Shown: piece by piece, positions 32,206-43,503 of the stretch
How the letters are laid out: the number at the start of each line of letters is the position of its first letter
Position numbering within the stretch: position 1 is the stretch's first letter
Assembly: GCA_963847445.1 (NCBI GenBank)
Contig: CAWJZV010000033.1
Location: forward strand, 32,001 to 96,000
Length of the DNA: 64,000 bases
DNA from: an uncultured delta proteobacterium
Lineage (GTDB): Bacteria > Desulfobacterota > Binatia > UBA9968
Direction of reading: 5' to 3'
Translations under genes and position numbers: made by a program
Notes under the pieces: generated by a model
The model's input: the letters and a program-made list of their open reading frames with translations, nothing else
Told to the model about the DNA's origin: nothing
The model's database searches: none

Positions 32206-32582
32206 TTAACGGTCGATATAGATCGCCGCGGCGGCCGGCGAGATCGCCGCGAGCGCATCGCGCACGGTCGGATAGGTATCTAAGCACCATGTCGAAACGG
32301 CCGATCTTGAAAACTTCCCGGACACTCGGTTGTAAGCCGGCCAGCACCACTTTGCCTTCCTGCTTACGGCACCCCTTGGCCGCGATCATCAGCACGCGCA
32401 GCCCGGCGCTACTCATGTAGTTGACTTTGCTCAAGTCCACCAGCAGTTTTTTGTCGTCCCCAACGCATCCTTCGACATGGGGCAGAAGCACGCTGCCAAA
32501 TGCCGGTGCCGTGCTGTGATCGATCCGACCTTCAACCTGCACGATGACGACGTTAGCAAAATGTCTGTACTGTCGATTCCAT
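32206..32582 (-). CDS. STAS-domain anti-sigma factor antagonist (RsbV/SpoIIAA-like; frameshifted)
   Basis: GRID, DLSKVNYMSSAGLRVL with phosphoacceptor Ser; GAGG RBS before ATG 32582. Confidence 0.87.
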
Positions 32583-32828
32583 GGCTATACCTCGTCTGCA
32601 TCCCTTGAGGGATTAGTTTAGGCGCCGTTTGGAAAAACCGGTGCACTGTTGCCGGCGCCGCTCTGATTGCGCCCATGATAGCACGACCGGATACGCTCCG
32701 TGAACGTAAAATTATCCTGCAACGTCGCCAGCTACCGGCACCGTCAAAAGGCGGCTAAGGGTCCACGACCATTGCTTTTTTGCGGTAGCTGAACTAAGCA
32801 GGCCTAGCGATTAAAAGGAGCAAATCAA

Positions 32829-34451
32829 ATGACTGGACCTAATCTTGCCGAGACCGTTGTCGACTACTTAATTTCGCAAAACGTGCGCCACATTTTCGGC
32901 GTGCTCGCCCATACGCTTTTTCCCTTCGGCGACGCCATCGCCAAGCGGCCGGAATTGCGCTTCATCAATACCCAACATGAGGGCGGCGCCGGTAACATGG
33001 CGCTAGGTTACGCGCGGGTGACTAAACAGCCGGCGGTGTGCCTGGTCTCGGCCGGCGGCGGCGCGACCAATATCGTCACCGCGGTCGCCCAGGCGTACAA
33101 AGAAGCGGTGCCGCTGTTTGTCATCTCGTCGGACATCGGCACGGCGTCGTTCGCCAAAGGCCACTGGGCTTCGTGGCATGGTATGGAGCATGTGCGTTTG
33201 TTCCAACCGATCACCAAGCAGAGCGCACGTTTGGGACGAATCGAAGAACTTGGTTCGGTGCTCGACTCGTTGTTTCGTCAAACCACCCGCGGCCGCCAAG
33301 GACCGGTGTTTTTCTGCATCCCAGAAGATTTGCAAGAAACCCATTTGCCCGAGCCGATTTCCTTTGCCGCTTCGGCGAATCCCGCTGCCCCGGCGGTGGA
33401 CGGGAGCACGGTCAACGCCGCGGTCGAATTATTACTAAGCGCCCGCGCGCCGGTCCTGCTCGCCGGCACCGGCGTCGATTGGGCTCAGGCACAGGACGAA
33501 GTCAAAGATCTGGCAGAGCTGTTGGCGCTGCCTGTGGCCAGCAGCTACACCGCCAAAGGCGTGTTTTCGGAAAAGCATCCGCTCGCGCTCGGCTGCCTCG
33601 GCAACGGCGGCCGCATGTATGCCAGGCCGTTTTTTCAGGAAGCCGATCTGGTGCTCGCCGTCGGCACCAGTTTCAGCGAAGGCACGACCCTCGGGTTTGG
33701 CCACAAAACGATCCCGGAGCAAGCTCGGGTCATTCACATCGACACCGACCCGGAACAATTCGGCCGCATATATCCAGCCGAGCTCGCCATTCAAGCCGAC
33801 GCCAAGAGCGCCCTGCGCGCGATCATCGACGGCGTGAAAGCGCGCCAGCCGAAAGCCGCCCAGAGACCGAACGCCAGGCGATCCAAAAAGCCAAGGCAGC
33901 TTGGCGTCAAGGAAGTTGACACGCAGATCGACAAGAGCAATTTAACTTACGCGTCGGTGCTGCGAGCCCTCGACGAACTGCTCACCGGCAATGAAATCTT
34001 GACGACGTCCGGCATGACCGGCGATACCCTGCGTAACATCGACTCCAAGGTGCCGATCATCCACGCCGGCGAGTTTCGCGCCATCGGCACCGCGCTGGCA
34101 ACCGCCTTCGGCGTCAAGATCGGCCGCCCCGACGCCCGCGTCATCTGCGTCACCGGCGACGGCTCGTTCATGATGGAGCAGCAAGAGCTCGCCACCGCGC
34201 GCTATCATAATATTCCAATAATGGTGCTGATCCTGCGCAACAACGCCTACGGCGGCATGAAGCGCGACCAGCAAAACAACTACGGCGGCCGCATCATCGG
34301 CACCGAACTGTTCATCCCCGACCTGGCCAAGCTCGCCGAACTCTACGGCGCCAAAGGCTACAGCGTGACCAAGAAAGAGCAGCTCGCGCCAGTGTTCAAA
34401 GAAGCATTGGCGAAAGATGAATTTGTCATTGTCGATGTGAAAATGGATTGA
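32829..34451 (+). CDS. Thiamine-diphosphate-dependent enzyme (acetolactate synthase-like superfamily)
   Basis: QHEGGAG catalytic Glu, GDGSFMM...NNAYG ThDP motif; AAGGAG RBS. Confidence 0.9.
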   Translation: MTGPNLAETVVDYLISQNVRHIFGVLAHTLFPFGDAIAKRPELRFINTQHEGGAGNMALGYARVTKQPAVCLVSAGGGATNIVTAVAQAYKEAVPLFVISSDIGTASFAKGHWASWHGMEHVRLFQPITKQSARLGRIEELGSVLDSLFRQTTRGRQGPVFFCIPEDLQETHLPEPISFAASANPAAPAVDGSTVNAAVELLLSARAPVLLAGTGVDWAQAQDEVKDLAELLALPVASSYTAKGVFSEKHPLALGCLGNGGRMYARPFFQEADLVLAVGTSFSEGTTLGFGHKTIPEQARVIHIDTDPEQFGRIYPAELAIQADAKSALRAIIDGVKARQPKAAQRPNARRSKKPRQLGVKEVDTQIDKSNLTYASVLRALDELLTGNEILTTSGMTGDTLRNIDSKVPIIHAGEFRAIGTALATAFGVKIGRPDARVICVTGDGSFMMEQQELATARYHNIPIMVLILRNNAYGGMKRDQQNNYGGRIIGTELFIPDLAKLAELYGAKGYSVTKKEQLAPVFKEALAKDEFVIVDVKMD

Positions 34452-34473
34452 CGGCCTTACCGAACTGGGAGTT

Positions 34474-34553
34474 CTCACTCCAGAGCACGCAGAGAGCACA
34501 GAGGTTAGGAGCCGAGCTAATTTTTCGCTGTGATCTCCCTGTGCTCTGGGGTC
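34474..34553. repeat. CACAGAG/CTCTGTG palindromic repeat
   Basis: cactccagagcacgcagagagcacagag ... ctccctgtgctctggggt; related copy at 62620-62692. Confidence 0.65.
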
Positions 34554-34593
34554 AAAGAATCCGCCAATGACGCCAGTCGGCGATTGGCACATT

Positions 34594-35035
34594 TCAAGTT
34601 TGCGTAGACCCCGAGCCAATCCGCTTGGCCACCTGCGCATGGGCTGAGCACCACGCGCGGATCGCGCTGCAACGCCGCGACGTAACGCTCGCCGAACTCG
34701 CCGCCGTTCTCCGCCGGGATCAGTAAGAACACCGCCTGTCGCATGACCGCGTCGACGCTGGCGTTCGTGAGCCCTTCCTTATCATCATCGAGAGTTTCGT
34801 CGATAGCCACGATCAGCTGGGAAATCGGCCGCAGCCAGGCGAACCACGGATCGCTGGTGAGCAGCTGGAAAAAATGGTTCGGCGAGCGAATCGGCCCCAC
34901 CGTCGCTTCATAAACCGCGCGCTCCGAGTCGAGCAGCACTTTGTGCAAATGCAGCAGCGCGTCGTGCAGGTCGAGCAGGGGGCGGCGGATCACATCGTTA
35001 TCCGGTGCACGCCGCGGCAGAGGTTTCTTAGCCAT
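34594..35035 (-). CDS. Hypothetical helical protein
   Basis: LLHLHKVLLDSER..YE..G...DPWFAWLRPISQLIVAIDE; likely frameshift near the 3' end. Confidence 0.7.
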
Positions 35036-35287
35036 AAACTCTACAATAGCCAATTAAAACTTCGGCTCAACCCTACTGAGTAATCAAATAAGCACCCTAA
35101 AAGGTGTATTGACTAAACTCATTATTGCGGTAGTTTGCTCTGCAAATTTGTCAAACATAAACGGGTCGAGTGTTTCAATCGGATAACCGTTCGGGAGCGT
35201 CGACAATTGTGACAAAAATAAAAAAGGGAGAAACCGTGTTCAATCTACACTCAGGGGATTATCGTTTAAACGGGTTAGGTCCGGTAA

Positions 35288-35907
35288 TGTGCCTGTCTTT
35301 TTACGTGGTTCTATTGTGCGCCGGCATCTCGTTCGCTCAATCGAAGACGATAATCGATGAGTGGGCCAGCGTTCAGGCGCCCAAGCCGCCGGAGTTGAAA
35401 TCGGTAAAAATCGAGGATCCAAAATCAACCGCCTATCTTGTTTTAGATATGGTGAAGCAGACTTGTAATAACGAACGGCGGCCACGCTGCGTCGCCTCCG
35501 TGCCGAAGGTTCAAGCTTTTTTGACCCAGGCTAGGAGCAAAGGGGTATCCGTAATTTACAGCTATACCTCGTCGTCAACGCCAGCGGATATTTTTCCGGA
35601 ACTTGCGCCGCTCCCCGGTGAACCTCTAGTGCGGGCGTCGGCCGACAAGTTTGTCGGCACGGACTTGGAAAAGATTTTAAAAGATAAGGGCATCAAGACC
35701 GTAATTGTCATCGGCACCGCGGCTCACGGTGCCGTAATATCCACGGGTACCCAAGCCGCATTCAGGGGCTTTAAAGTTATTGTGCCAGTAGACGGTATGT
35801 CGTCTGAGAGCAGCTACTTCGAGCAGTATACCGCATATCACTTCACGCAAGCCCCCGGCGTTGCCCAGCAGTCGACATTGACGAAGTTCGAAATGATCCA
35901 ATTCTAG
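35288..35907 (+). CDS. Secreted isochorismatase-like protein lacking the catalytic Cys
   Basis: Signal peptide ending SFA-Q; LVLDM, DKFVGTDL, GTAAHGAV (Ala at the Cys position); start uncertain. Confidence 0.75.
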
Positions 35908-35928
35908 TGACCAGGAGGTTATATTTCG

Positions 35929-36851
35929 ATGGATCGAAAGAAGGCCAGTGATTTCGATCCCGCAGCTATTAGGTCTGTTCCATAAGTACGTCCACGGCGC
36001 GATTAGCCGGCGTGATTTTTTGGACGGCGCCGCCAAGTTCGCCGTCGGCGGCCTGACGGCGATGGGTCTCTGGGAGATGCTGCGGCCCAACTATGCGTTG
36101 GGCGCAGCAAGTAGCCAAAGACGACAAACGCATCAAGGCCGAGTACGCTTTCTACTCGTCGCCGAAGGGTAATGCCACCGACGGCAAAATGCGCGGCTAG
36201 CTCGCACGCCCGGCTAGCGGCGACAAATTCCCAGTCGTCGTGGTTATCCACGAAAACCGTGGCCTGAATCCGTACATCGAAGACGTTGCGCGGCGGTTGG
36301 CGGTCAGCGGATTCATGGCGTTCGCCCCGGATGCGATCTGGCCGCTGGGCGGATACCCACGTCGCCAAGATGGCGCTGAAGCGGACGAGAAAGCGGCTAA
36401 GCTGTTTAGAAGCCTCGATGACGGGAAGTACGTCGAAGACTGCATCGCGGCGGCGGAGTTTCTGCTCAAGCATCCACAGTCCACCGGTAAGCTCGGTGCC
36501 GTGGGCTTCTGCAATGGCGGCGCCAAAGTCAACCAGCTCGCCGTCCGCGTGCCAGAGCTAGCCGCGGCGGTGCCATTTTACGGCAGAGCGCCGGCGGTTG
36601 CTGACGTGCCAAAGATCAAAGCAGCCGTGCTCGCTCATTTTGCCGATGCGGAACTGGATCCCAACACCACCGGCACTTGGCCAGCTTACGACACAGCCCT
36701 AAAGGCCAATGGGATCAAGCATGAAGGGTACATCTATGCCAAAACCTATCACGGCTTTCACAACGACACGACGCCGCGATACGACGAAGCAGCCGCCAAA
36801 CTTGCATGGCAGCGCACCCTCGATCACTTCAACAAAAATTTAAAAGGTTAA
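35929..36851 (+). CDS. Dienelactone hydrolase family protein (YghX-like) with a frameshift and an in-frame TAG
   Basis: YVHG.ISRRDFL, IHENRGL, GFCNGG, HGFHNDTTPRYD; TAG at 36198-36200; GGAGG RBS. Confidence 0.8.
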
Positions 36852-36856
36852 ACTGA

Positions 36857-36889
36857 CGGGTAGGGGCGAAAATGTTTCGCCCCTACCCG
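36857..36889. repeat. GTAG-type REP hairpin, possibly acting as a terminator
   Basis: cgggtaggggcgaaaatgtttcgcccctacccg immediately after the stop codon. Confidence 0.75.
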
Positions 36890-37136
36890 CTCCTTTCGTC
36901 CTGAACTCGGTTATTTCTTAGCCAATGCTTTTGAACCGCGCGAAAACGACTACAGCCGTCATTCCGCTTCGGACCGGTTCGCCATTGCACTCGATTGCAC
37001 TCGCTAGCCTGCTAAACAAATCGACCACTTTGGTTGATATGCTGGCCCGTTCCGCAGTCAACACAATTCCAATTTTCCTCAATGTTTACAGCTAGTTAAA
37101 TAATTGATGCGGGTTTAATTGCAAATGGGCACATTG

Positions 37137-37158
37137 GTTTAATACAATTGTTTCAAAC
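37137..37158. promoter_or_regulatory. Putative TetR operator
   Basis: gtttaatacaattgtttcaaac, 18/22 self-complementary, 2 bp before the TetR ATG. Confidence 0.55.
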
Positions 37159-37160
37159 TT

Positions 37161-37841
37161 ATGTTTAAAGAACAAGTCAAAGTCAATTCTGAGGATAGTT
37201 CGGATACCGAAAGGCGAGTGCTGGACGCTGCCGGTGAGGTTTTTGCTGACCTCGGCTATCGCGCCGCGACGGTGCGGCAGATCTGTGAAAAAGCCGGGGC
37301 AAACATCGCCGCGGTCAATTATTACTACGGCGATAAAGAGCGGCTCTACCAGGCCGTGCTGCGCTCGGTGCCGGATGCCCAGGCGATAAAATATCCATCG
37401 CGGTCCGGACTCAGCTCGAATGCCACGGCGGAGGAACGACTGCGCGTCTACGTTCACTCCCTTTTGCATCGCGTCTTCGACGCCGGCCGTCCCGGATGGC
37501 ACAGCAAGATTATCGCCCGCGAGATGATCGAGCCGACCCGCGCCCTCGATTCGCTGCTCGAAGAAGTCGCGCTCCCGCTGCATCGCGAATTGGCGAGCAT
37601 CGTGCGCTTGCTGCTCGGCGCGACCGCCAAAGACGAAGACGTGAGATTCTGCGCGCTCAGCATCATGGGCCAGTGCGTCTATTACCATCACGCCCGCACC
37701 GTCCTCGCGCGCCTCTACCCGGAACAAAAGTACCACGCTGAGGATGTCGCACGCCTAGTGGAGCATATCAGCGAATTTTCACTGGCGGCGCTGCGAGAGT
37801 TAGCGCAGAGAAGGCAGGCGCAAGGCAATGAAACTCCTTGA
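37161..37841 (+). CDS. TetR-family regulator, CecR/YbiH-like
   Basis: HTH ATVRQICEKAGANIAAVNYYYGDKERLY; REMIEPT; SIMGQC. Confidence 0.88.
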   Translation: MFKEQVKVNSEDSSDTERRVLDAAGEVFADLGYRAATVRQICEKAGANIAAVNYYYGDKERLYQAVLRSVPDAQAIKYPSRSGLSSNATAEERLRVYVHSLLHRVFDAGRPGWHSKIIAREMIEPTRALDSLLEEVALPLHRELASIVRLLLGATAKDEDVRFCALSIMGQCVYYHHARTVLARLYPEQKYHAEDVARLVEHISEFSLAALRELAQRRQAQGNETP

Positions 37842-39051
37842 GCTCAAATGGTTGACGAAACGGCGCGCGCTAGCGCCGGTGTTCGTCATCGGTGCGCTGG
37901 GAGCCGCCGCCTGCGGCGGCGATCGGCCGGCGACCGCGGTGCCCAAAAGCGAGACGCCGTCCCGTCAGGTAAGAGTGGTCGCGGCGGCACAGACTGAAGC
38001 CGCGCGCGTCGTCAGCGCCAGCGGCACATTGGCGGCCGACGACCAATTTGTTTTGGGCACGAAGGTCGTCGGACGCTTAGGCGAGATCGCTGTCGATCTC
38101 GGCAGCCGCGTGAAGAAAGGTCAAGCCATCGCGCGCATCGACCAAAGCGACTATCGCCTGCGCGTCGAACAAGCGGACGCCGCGCTCCAGCAATCGCGCG
38201 TCAGGCTGGGACTGCCTGCGTCGGGGAACAGCGACAAGGTGGATATCGAACAAACATCACTGGTCCGCCAAGCTGCGGCGGTATTCAAAGAAGCCCGTCT
38301 AAGTCACGACCGGATGGTCGAACTTTGGGATCGAAAGCTAATCGCGCGCGCAGAGCTCGACAGCGCCGTATCCCAACTCGCGGTGGCGGAAGGGCGCTAT
38401 CAAGATGCAATCGAAGAAGTCCGCAATCGTCTGGCTGTGTTGGTGCAGCGCCGTTCCGAGCTTGAGATCGCCCGCCAGCAGCTTGCCGATACCGTCATCG
38501 TGTCGCCCATCGACGGCGCCGTCAGCGAACGCCAGGCCGCTGTCGGCCAATACCTGCCGGCCGGCGCGCCCGTCGTGACACTGGTGCGCACTGATCCGTT
38601 GCGGCTGCGCCTCGCAGTTCCCGAGCGCGAAGCGGGCTTGGTCCGCGTCGGCCAGACCGTGGATCTCACCGTCGAAAGCGATGCCAACAAATACCAGGGC
38701 AGGGTCGCGCGACTCTCGCCGGCGATCGCCGAGAACAACCGAACTTTGATGATCGAAGCCGAGGTGCCCAACGGCCAGGGCGCGTTGCGCCCCGGTTCGT
38801 TCGCCAAGGCGGACATAGTGATCGAAGCTGGGCAGGAGATCGTCACGGTGCCGCGCAACTCGATCATTACCTTTGCGGGGATCGAAAAGGTTCTCATGGT
38901 GGCCGAGGGAAAAACTGTCGAGAAGCGTGTGCGTACCGGACGCCGTATCGGCGAGCAGGTAGAAGTTACCGAGGGTATCTTTGCCGGCAATCAAGTCATC
39001 GTGCAACCGGGCAACCTCGTCGCCGGCGAGCCTGTGACAGTGGTGAACTGA
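37828..39051 (+). CDS. RND efflux membrane fusion lipoprotein
   Basis: Lipobox AAAC; lipoyl halves, SPIDGAV, LRPGSF. Confidence 0.9.
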   Translation: MKLLELKWLTKRRALAPVFVIGALGAAACGGDRPATAVPKSETPSRQVRVVAAAQTEAARVVSASGTLAADDQFVLGTKVVGRLGEIAVDLGSRVKKGQAIARIDQSDYRLRVEQADAALQQSRVRLGLPASGNSDKVDIEQTSLVRQAAAVFKEARLSHDRMVELWDRKLIARAELDSAVSQLAVAEGRYQDAIEEVRNRLAVLVQRRSELEIARQQLADTVIVSPIDGAVSERQAAVGQYLPAGAPVVTLVRTDPLRLRLAVPEREAGLVRVGQTVDLTVESDANKYQGRVARLSPAIAENNRTLMIEAEVPNGQGALRPGSFAKADIVIEAGQEIVTVPRNSIITFAGIEKVLMVAEGKTVEKRVRTGRRIGEQVEVTEGIFAGNQVIVQPGNLVAGEPVTVVN

Positions 39052-42000
39052 TGCAAAAGCTGGCGGAAATTTCCATCCGACGCCCGGTTTTTGCCTCGAT
39101 GATCATTCTGGCGCTCGTGGTCGTCGGCGCGGCGAGTTATTTCCGCCTCGGCGTGGACCGCTTTCCATCCGTCGACCTGCCCACCGTCTCGGTCCGCACT
39201 ACTTTGCCAGGCGCCTCCCCTGAAGAAGTCGAGACGATCATTTCACGGCCGATTGAAGAGGTCGTCAACACGGTCGAAGGGATCGACGAGCTCCGTTCCG
39301 TATCCGGCCGGGGAACCTCGTTCGTTATGGCGACGTTCAACCTCGACCGCGATATCGACGTCGCCGCCCAGGATGTGCGCGATCGGGTCGCTACCGTGCT
39401 CAATCGTTTGCCGAACGACGTCGATCCTCCGGTCATTTCGAAGTTTAACAACGAAGACTCGCCGATTCTCACCATTGCTATTTCCGGCGACCGATCGCTG
39501 CGCGAATTGACGGAGATTGCCGATAAGATCGTCAAGGTCCAGCTCGAGCGCTCAGTCGGCGTGGGAGAGGTGCGGCATTGTCGGCGGTTTGGAACGCGCC
39601 ATCAACGTCTGGGTCGACGCGGACCGTTTGGCGGCCTACCAGATTCCAATCACCGCGGTTCGCGACGCGATCCAACGGCAGAATGCCGACATACCCGGCG
39701 GCAATGTGACCAGCGGCGCGCGCGAGCAGGTGCTCCGTACCATGGGAAGGATCACGGATCCGAGAGGCTTTCAATGACCTCGTAATCAGCACCGTTAACG
39801 GGTCGCCTATTCGCGTTCGCGACATCGGCCGCGCCGAAGACGGCACCAAGGAACAGCGCTCTCTGTCGCGATTGAACGGCGTGCCGACGGTCCAGCTCCA
39901 AGTGCGACGCCAATCAGGCGCGAATACGGTCGCGGTCATCGAGTCCGTAAAAGAAAACCTCGCGCGCGTCACTCGGCAGCTCCCGGCCGATGTGAAAACC
40001 GAAATCATCCGGGACCAGTCGCGCTACATCTACGCCGCGCTGCGCGAAATCAACGTGCACCTGATTTTAGGCAGTATCCTGGCGACCTTAGTCGTGTTGG
40101 CTTTCATGCGCAATTGGCGCTCCACGGTGATCAGCGCAGTAGCCATTCCGGCTTCGGTCCTCTCGACGTTTGGCATGATGTGGGCGCTCGGCTTTACCCT
40201 AAACAGCGTGACCATGCTAGCCCTCGTCTTGATGGTCGGCATCGTCATCGACGATGCCATCGTAGTCCTGGAGAACATCTTCCGATTCGTCGAGGAAAAA
40301 CGCATGAATTCCTTCGAGGCGGCCCGCGCCGCGACCGCCGAAATCGGCTTGGCGGTCATGGCGACGACGTTCAGCCTCGTCGTTATCTTCGTTCCCGTCG
40401 CTTTCATGTCCAGCATTTCCGGACGTTTTCTCTATCAATTCGGACTGACTGCGTCGGTGGCCGTGCTGGTCAGTCTTTTGGTTTCGTTTACGCTTACGCC
40501 GATGATGAGCGCGCGCATGCTGCGCGCCGAGGACGCGGCGCCCGAGGGCGGAGGAATCCCATTCACGGCAGGGATTTTACGCCTGGATCGACCGTCACTA
40601 CGAGCGCATGCTGCGATGGTCCATGGCCCACCGCGTGGCGGTCATGATGTTCGCGGGACTCGTGGTGCTCTCCTCCATTCCTCTCTATACGCTGGTGCAA
40701 CAGGAATATATTCCCAGCAACGTGGATGAAGCGGAGTTCGAGGTCAACGTCACCGCCCCTCAAGGCGTTAGTCTGGCGGCGGTGGACGAGATCATGCGCG
40801 CCGTGGAAAACGAGCTGCGCGCCATTCCGTTAGTGCGCCTGATGCTCTGCGATGCCGGCGGAGGCTTCATCAGCGGCGTGGGCACGGGCGGCTGTTACGT
40901 GCGCATCGCGCCCCACGATGAGCGAGATTTTTTCGTTTACGCCGCCTTGTGGCGCGAGACCCTTAACGGTCAACCCTGGGTCGCATTGCGCAACACTTCG
41001 CAGCGCGACGTGATGCAGCAAGTCCGCGCGGGCCTGAATAAATTCACGGATCTCCGGACTTCAGTGCGCAACCTGCCATCGTTCAACATCGGCGGCGGCA
41101 ACTGGGACATCGATTTCGTTCTGCGCGGTCCGAATCTTCAAACCCTGGCGGCTTATGGCGAGGAATTGCGCCTCCGTTCGCAAAAGCTCGGTATCATCGA
41201 TGCCGATACGACGCTCAAGCTCGACAATCCGGAATTGCGCGTGGTGATCGATCGCAAGCGCGCCGCCGACCTCAACGTGGACACGGAGCACATCGCCTCA
41301 GCGCTTGCGGCTAATGGTCGGCGGCGACGAGAAAGTGTCGCGCTTCATCGATCCGTCCGTCAACGAGCAATATGACGTGCAACTGCGTTTGTCGCAGCCC
41401 GATCGAGAAGATATCGCGACGATCACTCACCTTTACGTTCCGCGCGCGGGAGCCGGTCTGGTGCGGCTTGACAATCTGGTGTTGGTCGCGCCGGCCATGA
41501 GCGCGTCCCGCATCGACCGGCTGGATCGTCAACGCCAGGTGAGCCTGCGCGCTCAAATCGCTCCCGGTTTCGCGCTCGCCGACCGTCTGGAGGCGCTCAA
41601 TGGAGCGGTGCGCGAAATGAATCTACCCGCCGAATACACCACCACCGTATCCGGGCGCGGCCGTGAATTGGAACGCACCTTTACACAGTTTATATGGGCT
41701 TTTTTGCTTTCCATCATCTTTATGTACATGATTCTCGCTTCGCAGTATGACAGCACGATCCATCCGTTCACCATATTGCTCTCTTTGCCGCTGTCTATTC
41801 CATTTGCGCTGTTCTCGCTCTGGCTTACGGGCAATACACTCAATCTCTATTCCGCACTCGGCATACTCGTGCTCTTCGGCGTGGTCAAGAAGAACTCTAT
41901 CTTGCAGATCGATCATATGAACCGGCTGCGCGGCGAAGGCACGGACCGGCTCGTCGCCATCATGCGCGCCAATCGCGACCGGCTGCGTCCGATACTGATG

Positions 42001-42243
42001 ACTACACTGGCGCTGGTTGCCGGTATGCTGCCGCTTGCCCTCGGCAGCGGCCCCGGTGCTGAAGAACGGCGAGCCGTCGCCGTTGTCGTCATCGGCGGGC
42101 AAACTCTATGCTTGCTGCTGACGTTGCTGGTCACCCCAGTGGCCTACTCGATGTTCGAGGATTGGGCCAAGAGTCTCAATCTCGGCCGCATGCGCCGCGT
42201 CAGCCGCTTTTGCGCCGAGCGGCTGCGTTGGTCGAATCGCTAA
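39051..42243 (+). CDS. RND efflux permease, AcrB/D/F family (frameshifts)
   Basis: IRRPVFA, GIVIDDAIVVLENI, VKKNSIL, RLRPILMTT across five ORFs. Confidence 0.9.
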
Positions 42244-42365
42244 GACAACCTGACCGCAGCAAATAGCCATCCTGTTGGTTTTTGCGTTCGCCCCTAGTCG
42301 AAGATCTCTCGTCGAGTCAATACCTGTTCCGTTGTTTAAAAAACAACGCGATCAAAAGTACAAAT

Positions 42366-43403
42366 TCACCTGGCCGGCAACGGATCGGCGCCGGCCAATT
42401 TGTTGAATAGCTCGATCACAGCCGCGTCTCGTGGCAGTTCGCGAATCACTTTGTCCAACGCGTCCGCGGCCAGGGGCGATGCCGCTTCGCCGGAGAGCTT
42501 TTGGTATTCTTTCAAGAACTCGGGGTCGCTGAGAGTTTTACGCATGGCGTCGGCAAGTATCTGCACGCGATCTCTGGGCACGCCCGGCGGCAGGAAAAAG
42601 TTTTGGCCGGCGATGCGGAAGGCGCGAAACATTTCGACCATTTTTTTCTCGCGGTCCGATTTCGCGAAGTTGCCGAGTTCCGGCACCTGCGCGAAACGCG
42701 GGTGGCGTTCGCCCTTGGGAATCTCGATGCTGGCATGGACGTCCACCAGTCCCTTGTCCAACCAGTCGCGGTTGCGCCGGATCAGCGAGTCGCCGGTGCT
42801 GACCCGACTATCGGCCTCGCGCTGGGCCAGGGCGACATCGATCTCAGGGCCGGTAAAGCCGACGACAAATTTGGGCTCTTTCAAACCAAGCAGATAAGCG
42901 AATACCCGACCGGTGATGTAAATTGGATGGCCCACCGACTGGGCGGCGATCCGCACGTTGCTCGCGGCGCGCAGTTTTTCCAAGCTGGATAAACCCGCTT
43001 CGCCATGGGTGATGAAGATATAGTGCTGCGCGCTGTCCGGCGTGCCCAGATAAATTAACTTGTCGATATCGTATTGCACCCCCGGCTCGCCGAGTATTGC
43101 GTTGGTCACCAGCGCCGCACCCATGCTGCCGATGGTCAAACCATCGGGCTTGGCGACTTTGTAAACGTGATTGGCCGCCTGCCGGCCGCCGCCACCGCCC
43201 ATATGCTGAATCACAATCGTTGGGTTGCCGGGAATATGTTTGCGGAGAATATTAGTCACCGCGCGGGTGCGCAAATCCGCCGAACCCGCCGGCGGCCCAC
43301 CGAGAATCACGGCAATCGTCTTATCTTGAAAGAAAGGAACCTGGGCCCAAACTGGCACAGCGCAGAATAGCAGCAACGACAATACGGCTTCTCGAATCTT
43401 CAT
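42366..43403 (-). CDS. Tripartite tricarboxylate transporter (Bug/TctC) substrate-binding protein, orphan
   Basis: KHIPGNPTIV, GGGGG..AAN, AKPDGLTIG, PPGVP.DRV. Confidence 0.87.
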   Translation of the reverse strand: MKIREAVLSLLLFCAVPVWAQVPFFQDKTIAVILGGPPAGSADLRTRAVTNILRKHIPGNPTIVIQHMGGGGGRQAANHVYKVAKPDGLTIGSMGAALVTNAILGEPGVQYDIDKLIYLGTPDSAQHYIFITHGEAGLSSLEKLRAASNVRIAAQSVGHPIYITGRVFAYLLGLKEPKFVVGFTGPEIDVALAQREADSRVSTGDSLIRRNRDWLDKGLVDVHASIEIPKGERHPRFAQVPELGNFAKSDREKKMVEMFRAFRIAGQNFFLPPGVPRDRVQILADAMRKTLSDPEFLKEYQKLSGEAASPLAADALDKVIRELPRDAAVIELFNKLAGADPLPAR

Positions 43404-43503
43404 ATCAGTCCAGCAACACAGTCCTCAGGACGTAAGCTCTATGGAATCAGCGCGCTGCGGCATCGGCAACTCAGCAAGAATTAACGATTCCCGACCGGCG
43501 ATG

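Noticed and set aside
31952-32542. Apparent STAS-kinase fusion ORF
   Set aside because: Produced by a frameshift near 32280; the STAS C-terminus and stop (32206) and the kinase ATG (32200) are separately recognisable.
36198-36200. Pyrrolysine or stop-codon recoding at the in-frame TAG
   Set aside because: The position corresponds to Tyr, other genes here end in TAG normally, and no pyl genes are seen.
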